Below are positions 19,846-28,131 of a DNA stretch of 64,000 nt, in pieces. Position numbers and translations under genes: made by a program. Under the pieces are notes generated by a model that searched no databases, was not told the DNA's origin, and saw nothing but the letters and a program-made list of their open reading frames with translations. The number at the start of each line of letters is the position of its first letter. Positions within the stretch are counted from its first letter, which is position 1. The stretch comes from an uncultured Desulfobacteraceae bacterium (GTDB taxonomy: Bacteria; Desulfobacterota; DSM-4660; Desulfatiglandales; HGW-15), in the NCBI GenBank assembly GCA_964520425.1, contig CAZFMX010000005.1:1416-65415 (forward strand), read 5' to 3'.

Positions 19846-20943
19846 ATGAAAAAGATAGTCTATGTTGGAATCGATTACCATCAAAATACTCTTACAATTG
19901 CAGTATGTGCGGAAAACAATGAGAAGATTCACGAGACCGTTCGCATGCGGAATGAGGACAAGATTATTAGAAAGTATATGAAGAAGCTGTCAGCCCAATT
20001 TAGGATAAAGGCCTGCTATGAAGCCTCTTCAAGCGGATATTACTTTCAAAGAAAGATGAAATCCTGGGGCTACGACTGCGAGGTCATTGCCCCTTCCTCA
20101 CTTCCTAAAAAGCGCGGAGATCGTCGTAAGAATGACTTTCGGGATGCCCGGGATCTGGCCCAAAATTATGCTAACGGAACCCTGAGCATTGTTCATCTGC
20201 CCACCGAAGAGGAGGAATCGGTCAGAAACCTCATTCGTTGCCGATCAGCGTTCAAAGAGGCTGAGAAAAGAGCGAAGCAACAGATCAATTCCTTGTTGCT
20301 TTCTCAGGGTCTTCGTTGGTCCCTTAGCAAATGGACGTTTCAACATCGCAAGTGGCTTTGGGAGTTGAAGATGCCCAATGAATATCTCCAGATTGTCCTT
20401 GATGAGCATTTGGCTCATTTGGATTATATCCAAAGCCGCATAAAATCTTTTGACCAGCAGATTGAGCAGATTGCCAAGTCTGATCTCTATGAACCAGCAG
20501 TAAAAAAGCTGCGGGCCCTCAAAGGTATTGGTACCCTATCGGCCATGTTGTTGATTACGGAAATCACCGATTTTCGTCGGTTTCCGAACCCTGGAGCATT
20601 GATGGCCTTCTTGGGATTACTTCCATCGGAACACTCTTCTGGAGATAAACAAAGAGGGGGCCCCATTACCAAAACTGGCAACCCTCGCTGTCGGAGTCTG
20701 CTGATAGAATGCGTACAACATTATGTAAAGAAGCCCCAAATCAGTTATGTGATGAAGGCCGATCTTTCGCAAGTGGATCCTCACAGTGCAGCTATCGCTG
20801 TTAAGTGTTTAAAACGCTTACATAAACGCTATTGGGCCTTGACCATGAAAGGAAAGATCAGACCCGTCGCCCTAACCGCCATTGCCAGAGAGTTGGTAGG
20901 CTTTATTTGGGCCATGATGCAACCTCAAGCCGTTAACGTATAG
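19846..20943 (+). CDS. IS110-family transposase/recombinase
   Basis: Starts MKKIVYVGIDYH (RBS AAGGAGGAG at 19831). C-terminal LKGIGTLSAMLLITEITDFRRF...LPSEHSSGDK...ITKTGNPRCR. The ORF-track start at 19654 is an unsupported N-terminal extension. Confidence 0.9.
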   Translation: MKKIVYVGIDYHQNTLTIAVCAENNEKIHETVRMRNEDKIIRKYMKKLSAQFRIKACYEASSSGYYFQRKMKSWGYDCEVIAPSSLPKKRGDRRKNDFRDARDLAQNYANGTLSIVHLPTEEEESVRNLIRCRSAFKEAEKRAKQQINSLLLSQGLRWSLSKWTFQHRKWLWELKMPNEYLQIVLDEHLAHLDYIQSRIKSFDQQIEQIAKSDLYEPAVKKLRALKGIGTLSAMLLITEITDFRRFPNPGALMAFLGLLPSEHSSGDKQRGGPITKTGNPRCRSLLIECVQHYVKKPQISYVMKADLSQVDPHSAAIAVKCLKRLHKRYWALTMKGKIRPVALTAIARELVGFIWAMMQPQAVNV

Positions 20944-21269
20944 AGGCCTGTGATTTTCGATCAAAAGAATTTTGATCAAAAAGCACAGGAAGAAAATCTA
21001 ACACCTCAAAACTATTAAACAAAGGAGTTCGTGGGGCACGTCAGGAGATACTCGACGACACTATGTGAAAGGGGTTCCTTGCCCCTTACTCACGATCGCT
21101 AGAATGAGAGGACTCCGGACGAATGATGAATAATCATGGTAACCAACCCACGTATAGCAGTTTGATTCACCGTCGAAGAAGCCCCACCTCCTTTTCTTAA
21201 TACGAAAAAGTCAATTATGGCCTAACAAAATAATCATTTTATTGTTGACAAAAGCCCGTTTCATAGCAG
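20944..21269 (+). ncRNA. candidate bridge-RNA region in the 3' non-coding arm of the IS
   Basis: 326 nt, hairpin-rich (long hairpin at 20947-20989). ACGACACTA (21055-21063) is the reverse complement of the reconstructed empty site TAGTGTCGT. No covariance-model test was possible. Confidence 0.35.
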
Positions 21270-21588
21270 TGTCGTGTCTCAGAATTAACTTGAATAATAA
21301 GTACCTGCTGCACAAACTCAAAGGGGACATGGGGGCCTCTTTTCAGTTCCACCACCATCTATCCAGAGGTCGTGGAACGGCACCATAATTTTGCATATTA
21401 TGAAGCAGCCCCACGAACAATGTACCCACAGCGACGGGCATCCCTTGTGCCTGTCCACCGAACGTTGTCCTCTTTGGGGGCGGTTAGGGGCTCAGGCGTC
21501 TTTTGGGTGTTGGAACTGAAAAGAGACCCCCATGTCCCCTTTGAATCTGTGCAGCAGGATTTATAAATTCTGAGACACGACACTAAAA
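21270..21588. repeat. family-A repeat with a ~318-bp palindromic core, interrupted at its left terminus by the IS
   Basis: TGTCGTGTCTCAGAATTAACTTGAATAATAAGTACCTGCTGCACAAACTCAAAGGGGACATGGGGGCCTCTTTTCAGTTCC ... GGAACTGAAAAGAGACCCCCATGTCCCCTTTGAATCTGTGCAGCAGGATTTATAAATTCTGAGACACGACA+CTAA. Confidence 0.8.
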
Positions 21589-21602
21589 GGGAGGTGGATT
21601 GA

Positions 21603-22457
21603 ATGGACGTAAGAAGATCTGATTTTGCGGGGAGTTGGTATCCCGGGAATGAGTCGGACTGCAAGAGGGAAATCGAGGCATTCGTGGAGCACCCTATCCC
21701 CTGTCCGAATGCAGAAAAAGGAGGGATAGGAGGTATTGTCCCCCATGCCGGATGGTACTTTTCAGGAAAAATCGCCTGTAATGTGATTCAGTGCCTCAAG
21801 AACGATAGCACGCCTGATACCATTGTCATTTTTGGAAGACACCTTCATCCAGGCAGCAAGAACTACATCATGCGTGAAGGCTTATGGGCAACACCCCTTG
21901 GGGACCTGGAGATTGATGATGAGTTGGCTGATAGCTTGATCTCAGAATTCCCGTTTGTCGTGGAGACCCCTTCCTATTACGAACAAGACAACACTGTTGA
22001 AGTGCAATTGCCCTTCATCAAATACTTTTTCCCAAACACAAAAATACTGCCCGTCGGCACGCCTCCTGCACTCCCTTCCCTCAAGATTGGCAGGAGAGTA
22101 GCCGAGATTTCGCAGAGTATGGGCCGAAAGATCTTGATTTTAGGATCCACCGATCTGACCCACTATGGATACAATTACGGGCACACTCCCAAAGGCGTAG
22201 GCCGGGAAGCCGTTGACTGGGTCAAGAACGAGAACGACAAACGTGTCGTGGATCTCATGATGGCAATGGACGCTGAAGGGATTGTAGAGGAGTCATTAAA
22301 GAATCATAATGCATGCTGCTCAGGAGCCGTGGCTGCGGCCATTTCCGCCGCCAAAAGCCTGGGCGCCCAAGAGGGAAAGAAGCTGATCTATTCGACGAGC
22401 TATGACATCAGACCCGATGATAGCTTTGTTGGATACGTGGGGATTCTGTTTTTCTAA
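21603..22457 (+). CDS. amrB: AmmeMemoRadiSam system protein B (MEMO1-like)
   Basis: MDVRRSDFAGSWYPGNESDCKREI...VPHAGWYFSG... is characteristic of the family. No A or radical-SAM partner is adjacent. Confidence 0.85.
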   Translation: MDVRRSDFAGSWYPGNESDCKREIEAFVEHPIPCPNAEKGGIGGIVPHAGWYFSGKIACNVIQCLKNDSTPDTIVIFGRHLHPGSKNYIMREGLWATPLGDLEIDDELADSLISEFPFVVETPSYYEQDNTVEVQLPFIKYFFPNTKILPVGTPPALPSLKIGRRVAEISQSMGRKILILGSTDLTHYGYNYGHTPKGVGREAVDWVKNENDKRVVDLMMAMDAEGIVEESLKNHNACCSGAVAAAISAAKSLGAQEGKKLIYSTSYDIRPDDSFVGYVGILFF

Positions 22458-22597
22458 TAAAGTCATTTGGTTCGTCCGGTTAATGAGTACACAATAATTT
22501 GAGGTTTCGTATCAGTTGAACAGCGAAAGAATGGTGATGAAATCTTTTCTTCGATTCTGAGTCCACGGCCAGAGGTGGTGGGCCCAATTCACAACTA

Positions 22598-22763
22598 GAG
22601 ACCTTTGAAAAATGCTCAAATTTGTTCAAGGTCAAGGAAGGCGAAAATCCTAACCCTCCCGATTTTCATCGGGACAGCCAGGAATACCTTAAAAGTATTT
22701 CGAGGATTAGAATTTGAGCCTGACGCCGAAATTGGGCAAAAGGGGGCGTTTTTCAAAGGTCTC
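22598..22763 (+). repeat. family-B MITE with 5-bp target-site duplication
   Basis: AACTA|GAGACCTTTGAAAAATG ... CGTTTTTCAAAGGTCTC|AACTA. Abuts the stop codon of the AOR gene. Confidence 0.85.
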
Positions 22764-22765
22764 AA

Positions 22766-24637
22766 CTAAGTCAGTTGATCTGCCACATATTCAATACCAA
22801 GTTCGACAAGCTTTTCTCTGCTTGGAGCACCTGTCGCCACGTCCCAGCCCCTTGCAGCATAGTACTCATCTAACATCAAGTCGAGTTCATCCCTACTAAT
22901 GTAATGCCCTTTAGAGGCCCCACCTTTAAGTGGTTCCGTTAATATTCTCTCCGGCAATGTGTCGTCGGCACGGGTGAAGCCTTCCCGCACGTTGAACGCG
23001 TGCGCGAGATTATTGATACGCTCGCCGACCACCAGAATATCATCCGGGGTGAAGGTAAGACCGGTAACCGCCTCCAACAAAGACGCCGTGTTCTGGGCTG
23101 CAATCCCGACAACAGCCATGTCGAAAAGAAAGGCGCACATACCAGGAGCGTCGGTGGTGGCCGTACGCATATCCTGGTTCCACTTGGTCAATTTGCCTTT
23201 CCCTTCAGCCGCAAACCGGTCCACTTCATGGGGGACCGGAATGCCGAAGATTTCCTGAAAGGCATAGCCCCGGCAATGGTCCGCTCCGGTATACGACGTG
23301 GCATAGTTGAGACCATGGGCCTTGGCCCCCCGCACATCATAGGCGGGAAGCTCCAGTCCTTTGACATGCATGGCGTATTTTTCAGAACCTTTGCCGATCT
23401 TCTCCGCCGCGGCTTTGGTCCCGTCGGCAAGCAACCCCCCGATCCCCTGGCGATAGGCCATCTGTTTCAGAATACGGATCATCGCCTCATCGTTGCCGAA
23501 ATTGAGTTCTATGCCACCCGTATCTTCCTTGGTCAGGATACCCTTCTCATAAAGCTCCATGGCAAATGCGATGGATACACCGGAAGAAATGGTGTCCAAT
23601 CCCAGTTCATCAGCCAGACGATCCGCGGCAATCACCGCATCTATATTGTCAACCCCTGTGACACCGCCATATGAATACATCGTCTCAAACTCGGGCCCTT
23701 CAGTGAGTATCCCTTCATAAACCCCTGTCTTGGCCAGCTTCAACTGGCTGCATCCTACCGGGCATCCATAACAGGGCTTTGATCCCACATTTCGGGTCAT
23801 CTGTACCTCGACACCCAACGTTTCCGCCGCGTTATATTCCCCCGTTGTCGTGTAATTCCGGGTAGGAAAGATTCCGATGCCGCTGGTAGCATCCACCACC
23901 ATCGGGGTTCCTGTGTTTGAAAAAACAGGGTAGAGAACCTCGCTTTCCTTCATGGCTTCAGTGAACACCTTCCTGGCGGCCTTGAGCTTCTCCTTGTCTG
24001 CCACAGCGACTTTTTCTGTTCCCCGAATGGCAATCGCCTTAAGATTCTTGGAACCCATCACCGCACCCAGGCCCTTACGACCCACCGCCCTCCATTCGTT
24101 GATGATGGAAGCAATCTTTATCTGATTTTCTCCGGCCGGACCGATGCAGGCCACTCTGACGTTCTGATCATGGAGATCGTTCTTGATGATCTGCTGGGTG
24201 TCCGTAGTCTTCATCCCCCACAACTTCTTTGCGCTCCGAAACTTGACATCCCCGTCCTTGATCGAGACATAGACCGGTTCTTCAGATTTCCCCTCTATGA
24301 TCATGGCGTCATACCCCGCCCATTTGAGTTCAACGGGGAAATGACCTCCTGACAACGCCATGCCCACTGCTCCTGTCAGGGGAGATCTGCTGGTCACCGA
24401 CATCCGGCTGGTGCAGGGGACGTTGGTCCCCGAAAGAGGTCCGGAGGCGAAAATCAGTTTGTTGTCAGGCCCCAGAGGATCTGTACCGGCTTTTACCTCA
24501 TCAAATAGGAGTTTTATTCCGAATCCAGTGCCTCCTATGAAATCTGTTGCCATCTGTTCAGGCGTTTCCTCGACCTTTGCGGTTTGATTCTCCAGATTAA
24601 TCCGCAGAATTTTTCCCGTATATCCTCCTTGATACAT
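22766..24637 (-). CDS. aor: aldehyde:ferredoxin oxidoreductase (tungstopterin AOR family)
   Basis: MYQGGYTGKILRINL...FIGGTGFG..., 623 aa, with AOR N-terminal and catalytic domains. Confidence 0.9.
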   Translation of the reverse strand: MYQGGYTGKILRINLENQTAKVEETPEQMATDFIGGTGFGIKLLFDEVKAGTDPLGPDNKLIFASGPLSGTNVPCTSRMSVTSRSPLTGAVGMALSGGHFPVELKWAGYDAMIIEGKSEEPVYVSIKDGDVKFRSAKKLWGMKTTDTQQIIKNDLHDQNVRVACIGPAGENQIKIASIINEWRAVGRKGLGAVMGSKNLKAIAIRGTEKVAVADKEKLKAARKVFTEAMKESEVLYPVFSNTGTPMVVDATSGIGIFPTRNYTTTGEYNAAETLGVEVQMTRNVGSKPCYGCPVGCSQLKLAKTGVYEGILTEGPEFETMYSYGGVTGVDNIDAVIAADRLADELGLDTISSGVSIAFAMELYEKGILTKEDTGGIELNFGNDEAMIRILKQMAYRQGIGGLLADGTKAAAEKIGKGSEKYAMHVKGLELPAYDVRGAKAHGLNYATSYTGADHCRGYAFQEIFGIPVPHEVDRFAAEGKGKLTKWNQDMRTATTDAPGMCAFLFDMAVVGIAAQNTASLLEAVTGLTFTPDDILVVGERINNLAHAFNVREGFTRADDTLPERILTEPLKGGASKGHYISRDELDLMLDEYYAARGWDVATGAPSREKLVELGIEYVADQLT

Positions 24638-24841
24638 GGCATCCCTCCATCTTTGGTGTGACTTGATTGCAGAGCAAGTCTCAATCTAAGGTTATTTGGT
24701 GTTTCATCCCAGCATAACTCTCATTAATCTGGGTAAATCCTATGATACGTGGCGTGGGGCATGGGGGTTTCTTTTCAGTTCCGTTACCCAAAAGACACGA
24801 GCGGTTTCCGCCGACGCCGGGAAACCTCAAAGTGCAATGAT

Positions 24842-25606
24842 CTAATGCATTGACAAGCCACCGTCATGGACAATGAGTTGTCCGGATATGTAGTCACTCA
24901 TGTTACTGGCCAGGAATACGGCCGTTCCCACAAGGTCTTCCGGAACAGCTGCCCTCTTTATGCATCTCTGCTCAAGTTGAAGCTCTTCAAGTAGCGGGAT
25001 GGGAACCGCCTTGTTGCGGTCGAATCTATCGCCACCTTCCGAATGGGTGAAACCAGGTGCAATGGAATTGACGTTGATTTTGTGATCCCCCAACTCTCTT
25101 GCCATGGCACGGGTAAAGGCCATGATCGCTCCTTTGGAGGCCACATAATGGGGCGCGAATGGAACACCCTCCATAATGGAAGCCGAGGAGATGTTGATGA
25201 TCTTGCCGCCCTTCTTCTTCATGTAGGGAAAGACAGACTTGCAGCAGTGAAAGGCACCCTTGACATTAACAGCCATCAATCGATCCCACTCTTCATCACT
25301 CACATCGGTAAAAGGCTTCATCACTATATCACCGAATATCGCGGCGTTGTTCACAAGGATATCGATGGTCCCGAACCGGGCAACAGCTGCCTTGGCCAGG
25401 GAATCACACTCTTCCTGCTTGGTCACGTCCGTTTTCACGAATATGGCCTCACTGCCCGCCTTTTCCACGTCCGCCACGGCCCGTTTTTCATCCAAAATAT
25501 CGGCAATGACCAATTTTGCCCCCTCCTGTGCAAAGCCGACGGCCAATGCCGCGCCGATCCCTTGGGCCGCGCCCGTAATAATGGCCACTTTTTCTTCCAG
25601 TTTCAC
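24842..25606 (-). CDS. short-chain dehydrogenase/reductase (FabG-like)
   Basis: TGAAQGIGAA, NNAA and YVASKGA motifs. Confidence 0.9.
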   Translation of the reverse strand: MKLEEKVAIITGAAQGIGAALAVGFAQEGAKLVIADILDEKRAVADVEKAGSEAIFVKTDVTKQEECDSLAKAAVARFGTIDILVNNAAIFGDIVMKPFTDVSDEEWDRLMAVNVKGAFHCCKSVFPYMKKKGGKIINISSASIMEGVPFAPHYVASKGAIMAFTRAMARELGDHKINVNSIAPGFTHSEGGDRFDRNKAVPIPLLEELQLEQRCIKRAAVPEDLVGTAVFLASNMSDYISGQLIVHDGGLSMH

Positions 25607-25736
25607 ATTTAACCTCCTCCCCGTTAATCTTTTTTGTATTCTCCTTCAATTCGACCCAGGCCAGCTCCCTTCTCGTCTGACCACACTTTATTTCCCATAG
25701 GATTTTATCGCCTCGTCTCAGCGTTGCCGCGAATAG

Positions 25737-26078
25737 CTAGTGCTCTGTATCGTATATTCACGGATCAAGTAAAAGATGAGGCATGGGCTGTTCCCTCAAG
25801 ACGATATCTCAAAAAGAAATTCCACTGAACCCTGCAGTGATTTGAGCTTTGAGGGGGAATGCCCCAGGGTGCGCCCCGGGGGGTACCCCCCAGAACCCGC
25901 GGCAGAATGTATGGCTCGCTTGGAAGAATCATCCTCTCAAACCCTCAAAGTTCAGATCACCACCACGGGTCCCTATAGATATCGTCTTGAGGGAATAGTC
26001 CTTGCCGAATTACACATTCAAACAATCGAGTGGTCCATCAAAAACCCTGAATATAAGTCTCAGGAATCATGATGCTAG
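25737..26078 (+). repeat. composite repeat: degenerate family-A termini (CTAG...CTAG) carrying D core copy 1 (25780-26006)
   Basis: The D core is a ~225-nt rod: GGCATGGGCTGTTCCCTCAAGACGATATCTC ... GATATCGTCTTGAGGGAATAGTCCTTGCC with an inner 19-bp stem. Confidence 0.75.
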
Positions 26079-26114
26079 GCACTAGTGACATTGAACGAAT
26101 AATCTGAAACCGAT

Positions 26115-26405
26115 TCATCCTCCACCCACAGGAGGAAGGATTAGGATTTCGTCACCTTCTTGGAGCGCTGTCTCCATCTTTTTTTCAAGGAATGCGATAT
26201 CACGGCCGTTCACCATCAGGCGAATATAGGGAAAAAGACTGTTCTCCGAGTCAAATAGCTCGGAAGCTAAAGGCTTGCCATAGGTCTCAACCATAGTCAT
26301 GATCACGTCCTTAACTGTGCTTCCGTCATTCACGGTGAGATCGATGTCTCCTCGCCCGAGGATCTTTTTCAAGTTTAGGATTGTGTGGACTTTTACTTGG
26401 ATCAA
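26115..26405 (-). CDS. MoaD/ThiS-family ubiquitin-like sulfur-carrier protein
   Basis: 96 aa ending ...ILILPPVGGG. Confidence 0.75.
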   Translation of the reverse strand: MIQVKVHTILNLKKILGRGDIDLTVNDGSTVKDVIMTMVETYGKPLASELFDSENSLFPYIRLMVNGRDIAFLEKKMETALQEGDEILILPPVGGG

Positions 26406-26629
26406 TCTTCAACCTCGCAAGAGTCCCTCATATAAGGATGTTCTGCTTAAGAACGGGTACGATTTCAGAGGACAACCCGTTAACCCAAGAAGATAAGAGT
26501 GATTATTAGTTTAGTAGGAGCAGAATCTTGCATGTAGCCATTTCGAGAGTCTCGACTATATAAAAATCCTTCTCGGGTGTCAAAAGGAAAGGCGTATGAG
26601 AAAAGTGACCGCAAGGAGAGACTTTACAA

Positions 26630-27250
26630 CTAATCCTTTGGGGAAACCAAGAGTCTTTGACCTGGTTGAATATCACCGATTTCATCTGGAGATATATCGT
26701 TGAGACGACACAGTTCATCCACTGATAAACCGTATGTTTTGGCAATCCTGTAGAGTGTCTCACCAGGCTTTACTTCGTGATAGCGCTCATTGTCTTGTAT
26801 CAGCCGCTTAGGCTGAACCGAACCCGAACCTCTCACACCCCCAGCAGCTGAACTCACCTGGTTTTCCAGTTGATTGACCTGTAGGGAAAGTTCATTCAGC
26901 CGTTGTGTAAGGAAAACCTGAGGTTCCTGTCCCTTGGTCACAGATGCCTGAAGTTCAGGGATCTCCTTTTCAAGGTGACTCAGCCTCCCCTCCAGCATAT
27001 TGATCTTCAGCTTCAGGGTATTCAGCTCTACGTTTGTGCTCTTTTTATCGGAGTTGACCCATGCCACAATAAGAATAACAGCCAGTATGAAAACCCCGGC
27101 ACTTGCGACAATGGTTGGCAGATGTAAAGATCTGCTACCATTTCGGCCCCTTCGGGATTCCAAGCCCTCATCTGACTCTGAAACTTCCAGCATATCTTCG
27201 GTTAGTTCCAAAGAAATCTGACCAGATTCCTTGGCTGAATTTTGGTTCAT
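26630..27250 (-). CDS. LysM-domain membrane-anchored protein with coiled coil
   Basis: One TM helix, a heptad-rich region, and C-terminal YHEVKPGETLYRIAKTYGLSVDELCRLN (LysM). Start at ATG 27250 (AAGGAG upstream). Confidence 0.8.
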   Translation of the reverse strand: MNQNSAKESGQISLELTEDMLEVSESDEGLESRRGRNGSRSLHLPTIVASAGVFILAVILIVAWVNSDKKSTNVELNTLKLKINMLEGRLSHLEKEIPELQASVTKGQEPQVFLTQRLNELSLQVNQLENQVSSAAGGVRGSGSVQPKRLIQDNERYHEVKPGETLYRIAKTYGLSVDELCRLNDISPDEIGDIQPGQRLLVSPKD

Positions 27251-27364
27251 TAGCTGCTCCTTTCCATGAACGGAATAATCCGGGGTGGCCTTACACCGGC
27301 TCGACACGGCTCCTCACTTTGCGAAAAAATGGGTCGCCCAATTCCTTAACACCCCACAGCCTTT

Positions 27365-27763
27365 TCAGGTGTCCTCTGGCGGTTTGGCGCGCCTCAGACT
27401 CCTGTAGTACTTCGCTATGACATTGATGTACTCGCTCGTCAGTTTCAAAAACTCGATCCCTACACCCCTTCCCGTAATTCGCTTGACCCGACCTTTTACT
27501 AACATGGCCTCATCCTCTGTAGGAAACTTCAATACGATGTCAACTTCATCATCAGGTTTGAATTGAGAAGAAGTGTCCGTATAAATGAAGGCCCCAGTTA
27601 CACTAAGGTCCGTAATCTCGTTTTCTCCTGAGGAGCCCCATACTTCTACCTCCAAGCGAGAGGGCGCTCTCGGTGCATCCCTTCGTTCGTCTTCTTTTGT
27701 CATGGCATATATCTTTCCCTCTTGATACGGAAAACCGACACCCTCAAACCTTTTCCATGTCAA
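27365..27763 (-). CDS. PilZ-domain protein
   Basis: RRDAPR ... ITDLSVTGAFI. Start ambiguous (27763 or 27703). Confidence 0.7.
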   Translation of the reverse strand: MTWKRFEGVGFPYQEGKIYAMTKEDERRDAPRAPSRLEVEVWGSSGENEITDLSVTGAFIYTDTSSQFKPDDEVDIVLKFPTEDEAMLVKGRVKRITGRGVGIEFLKLTSEYINVIAKYYRSLRRAKPPEDT

Positions 27764-28131
27764 AGCATCTTATAAACCTGCTTCTTCTACTATTTAACAC
27801 GCCCTTCACCCGTTTCAGCGAGACGACGAAGCCGGGTTAGGAGATTCATCATCTTGATCTTAAAAGCTTAAGGATTGTATTAAATAGGCACCGCTCTGTC
27901 AATTCTTTTACCCTTTATATAAAGTATGAATGGATTCAAACTTTATGACCTTACTACCCTTGATACCTTTTGAAGATCTCTGCAGTCCATCCTGTGCATC
28001 TGAGTAGGAATTGGAGTTCAGAAAATTCCTTGTTATGAAGGGTCAAGAGAGATAGGAGCGGAAGGATCAAAGGGATGACCAGGACGCTTCATAAAGCCCT
28101 AAGTCAAGAACGAGGTATGGAATTGGAATAC

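Larger units (their letters stand above)
19769..21269 (+). mobile_element. IS110-family insertion sequence, IS1111-like architecture (~1.5 kb)
   Basis: Subterminal 13-bp IRs TATGAAACGGGCT (19773-19785) and AGCCCGTTTCATA (21253-21265). Short 5' arm, long 3' arm. Removing 19769-21269 rebuilds the family-A terminus CTAG|TGTCGTGTCTCAGAA. Confidence 0.8.

Noticed and set aside
21372-21664. ORFs 21372-21566 (+) and 21398-21664 (-).
   Set aside because: They lie inside the palindromic core of the family-A repeat, mirror each other, and have no RBS or recognisable domain.
25043-25612. Long antisense 'shadow' ORFs inside well-supported genes. This one is an example. Others are 23000-23674, 16282-16866, 51916-52806, 33684-34163, 10452-10889 and 3599-3940.
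   Set aside because: Each lies fully within a CDS with clear family motifs on the other strand. They have low-complexity or Arg/Ser/Pro-rich composition and no RBS.
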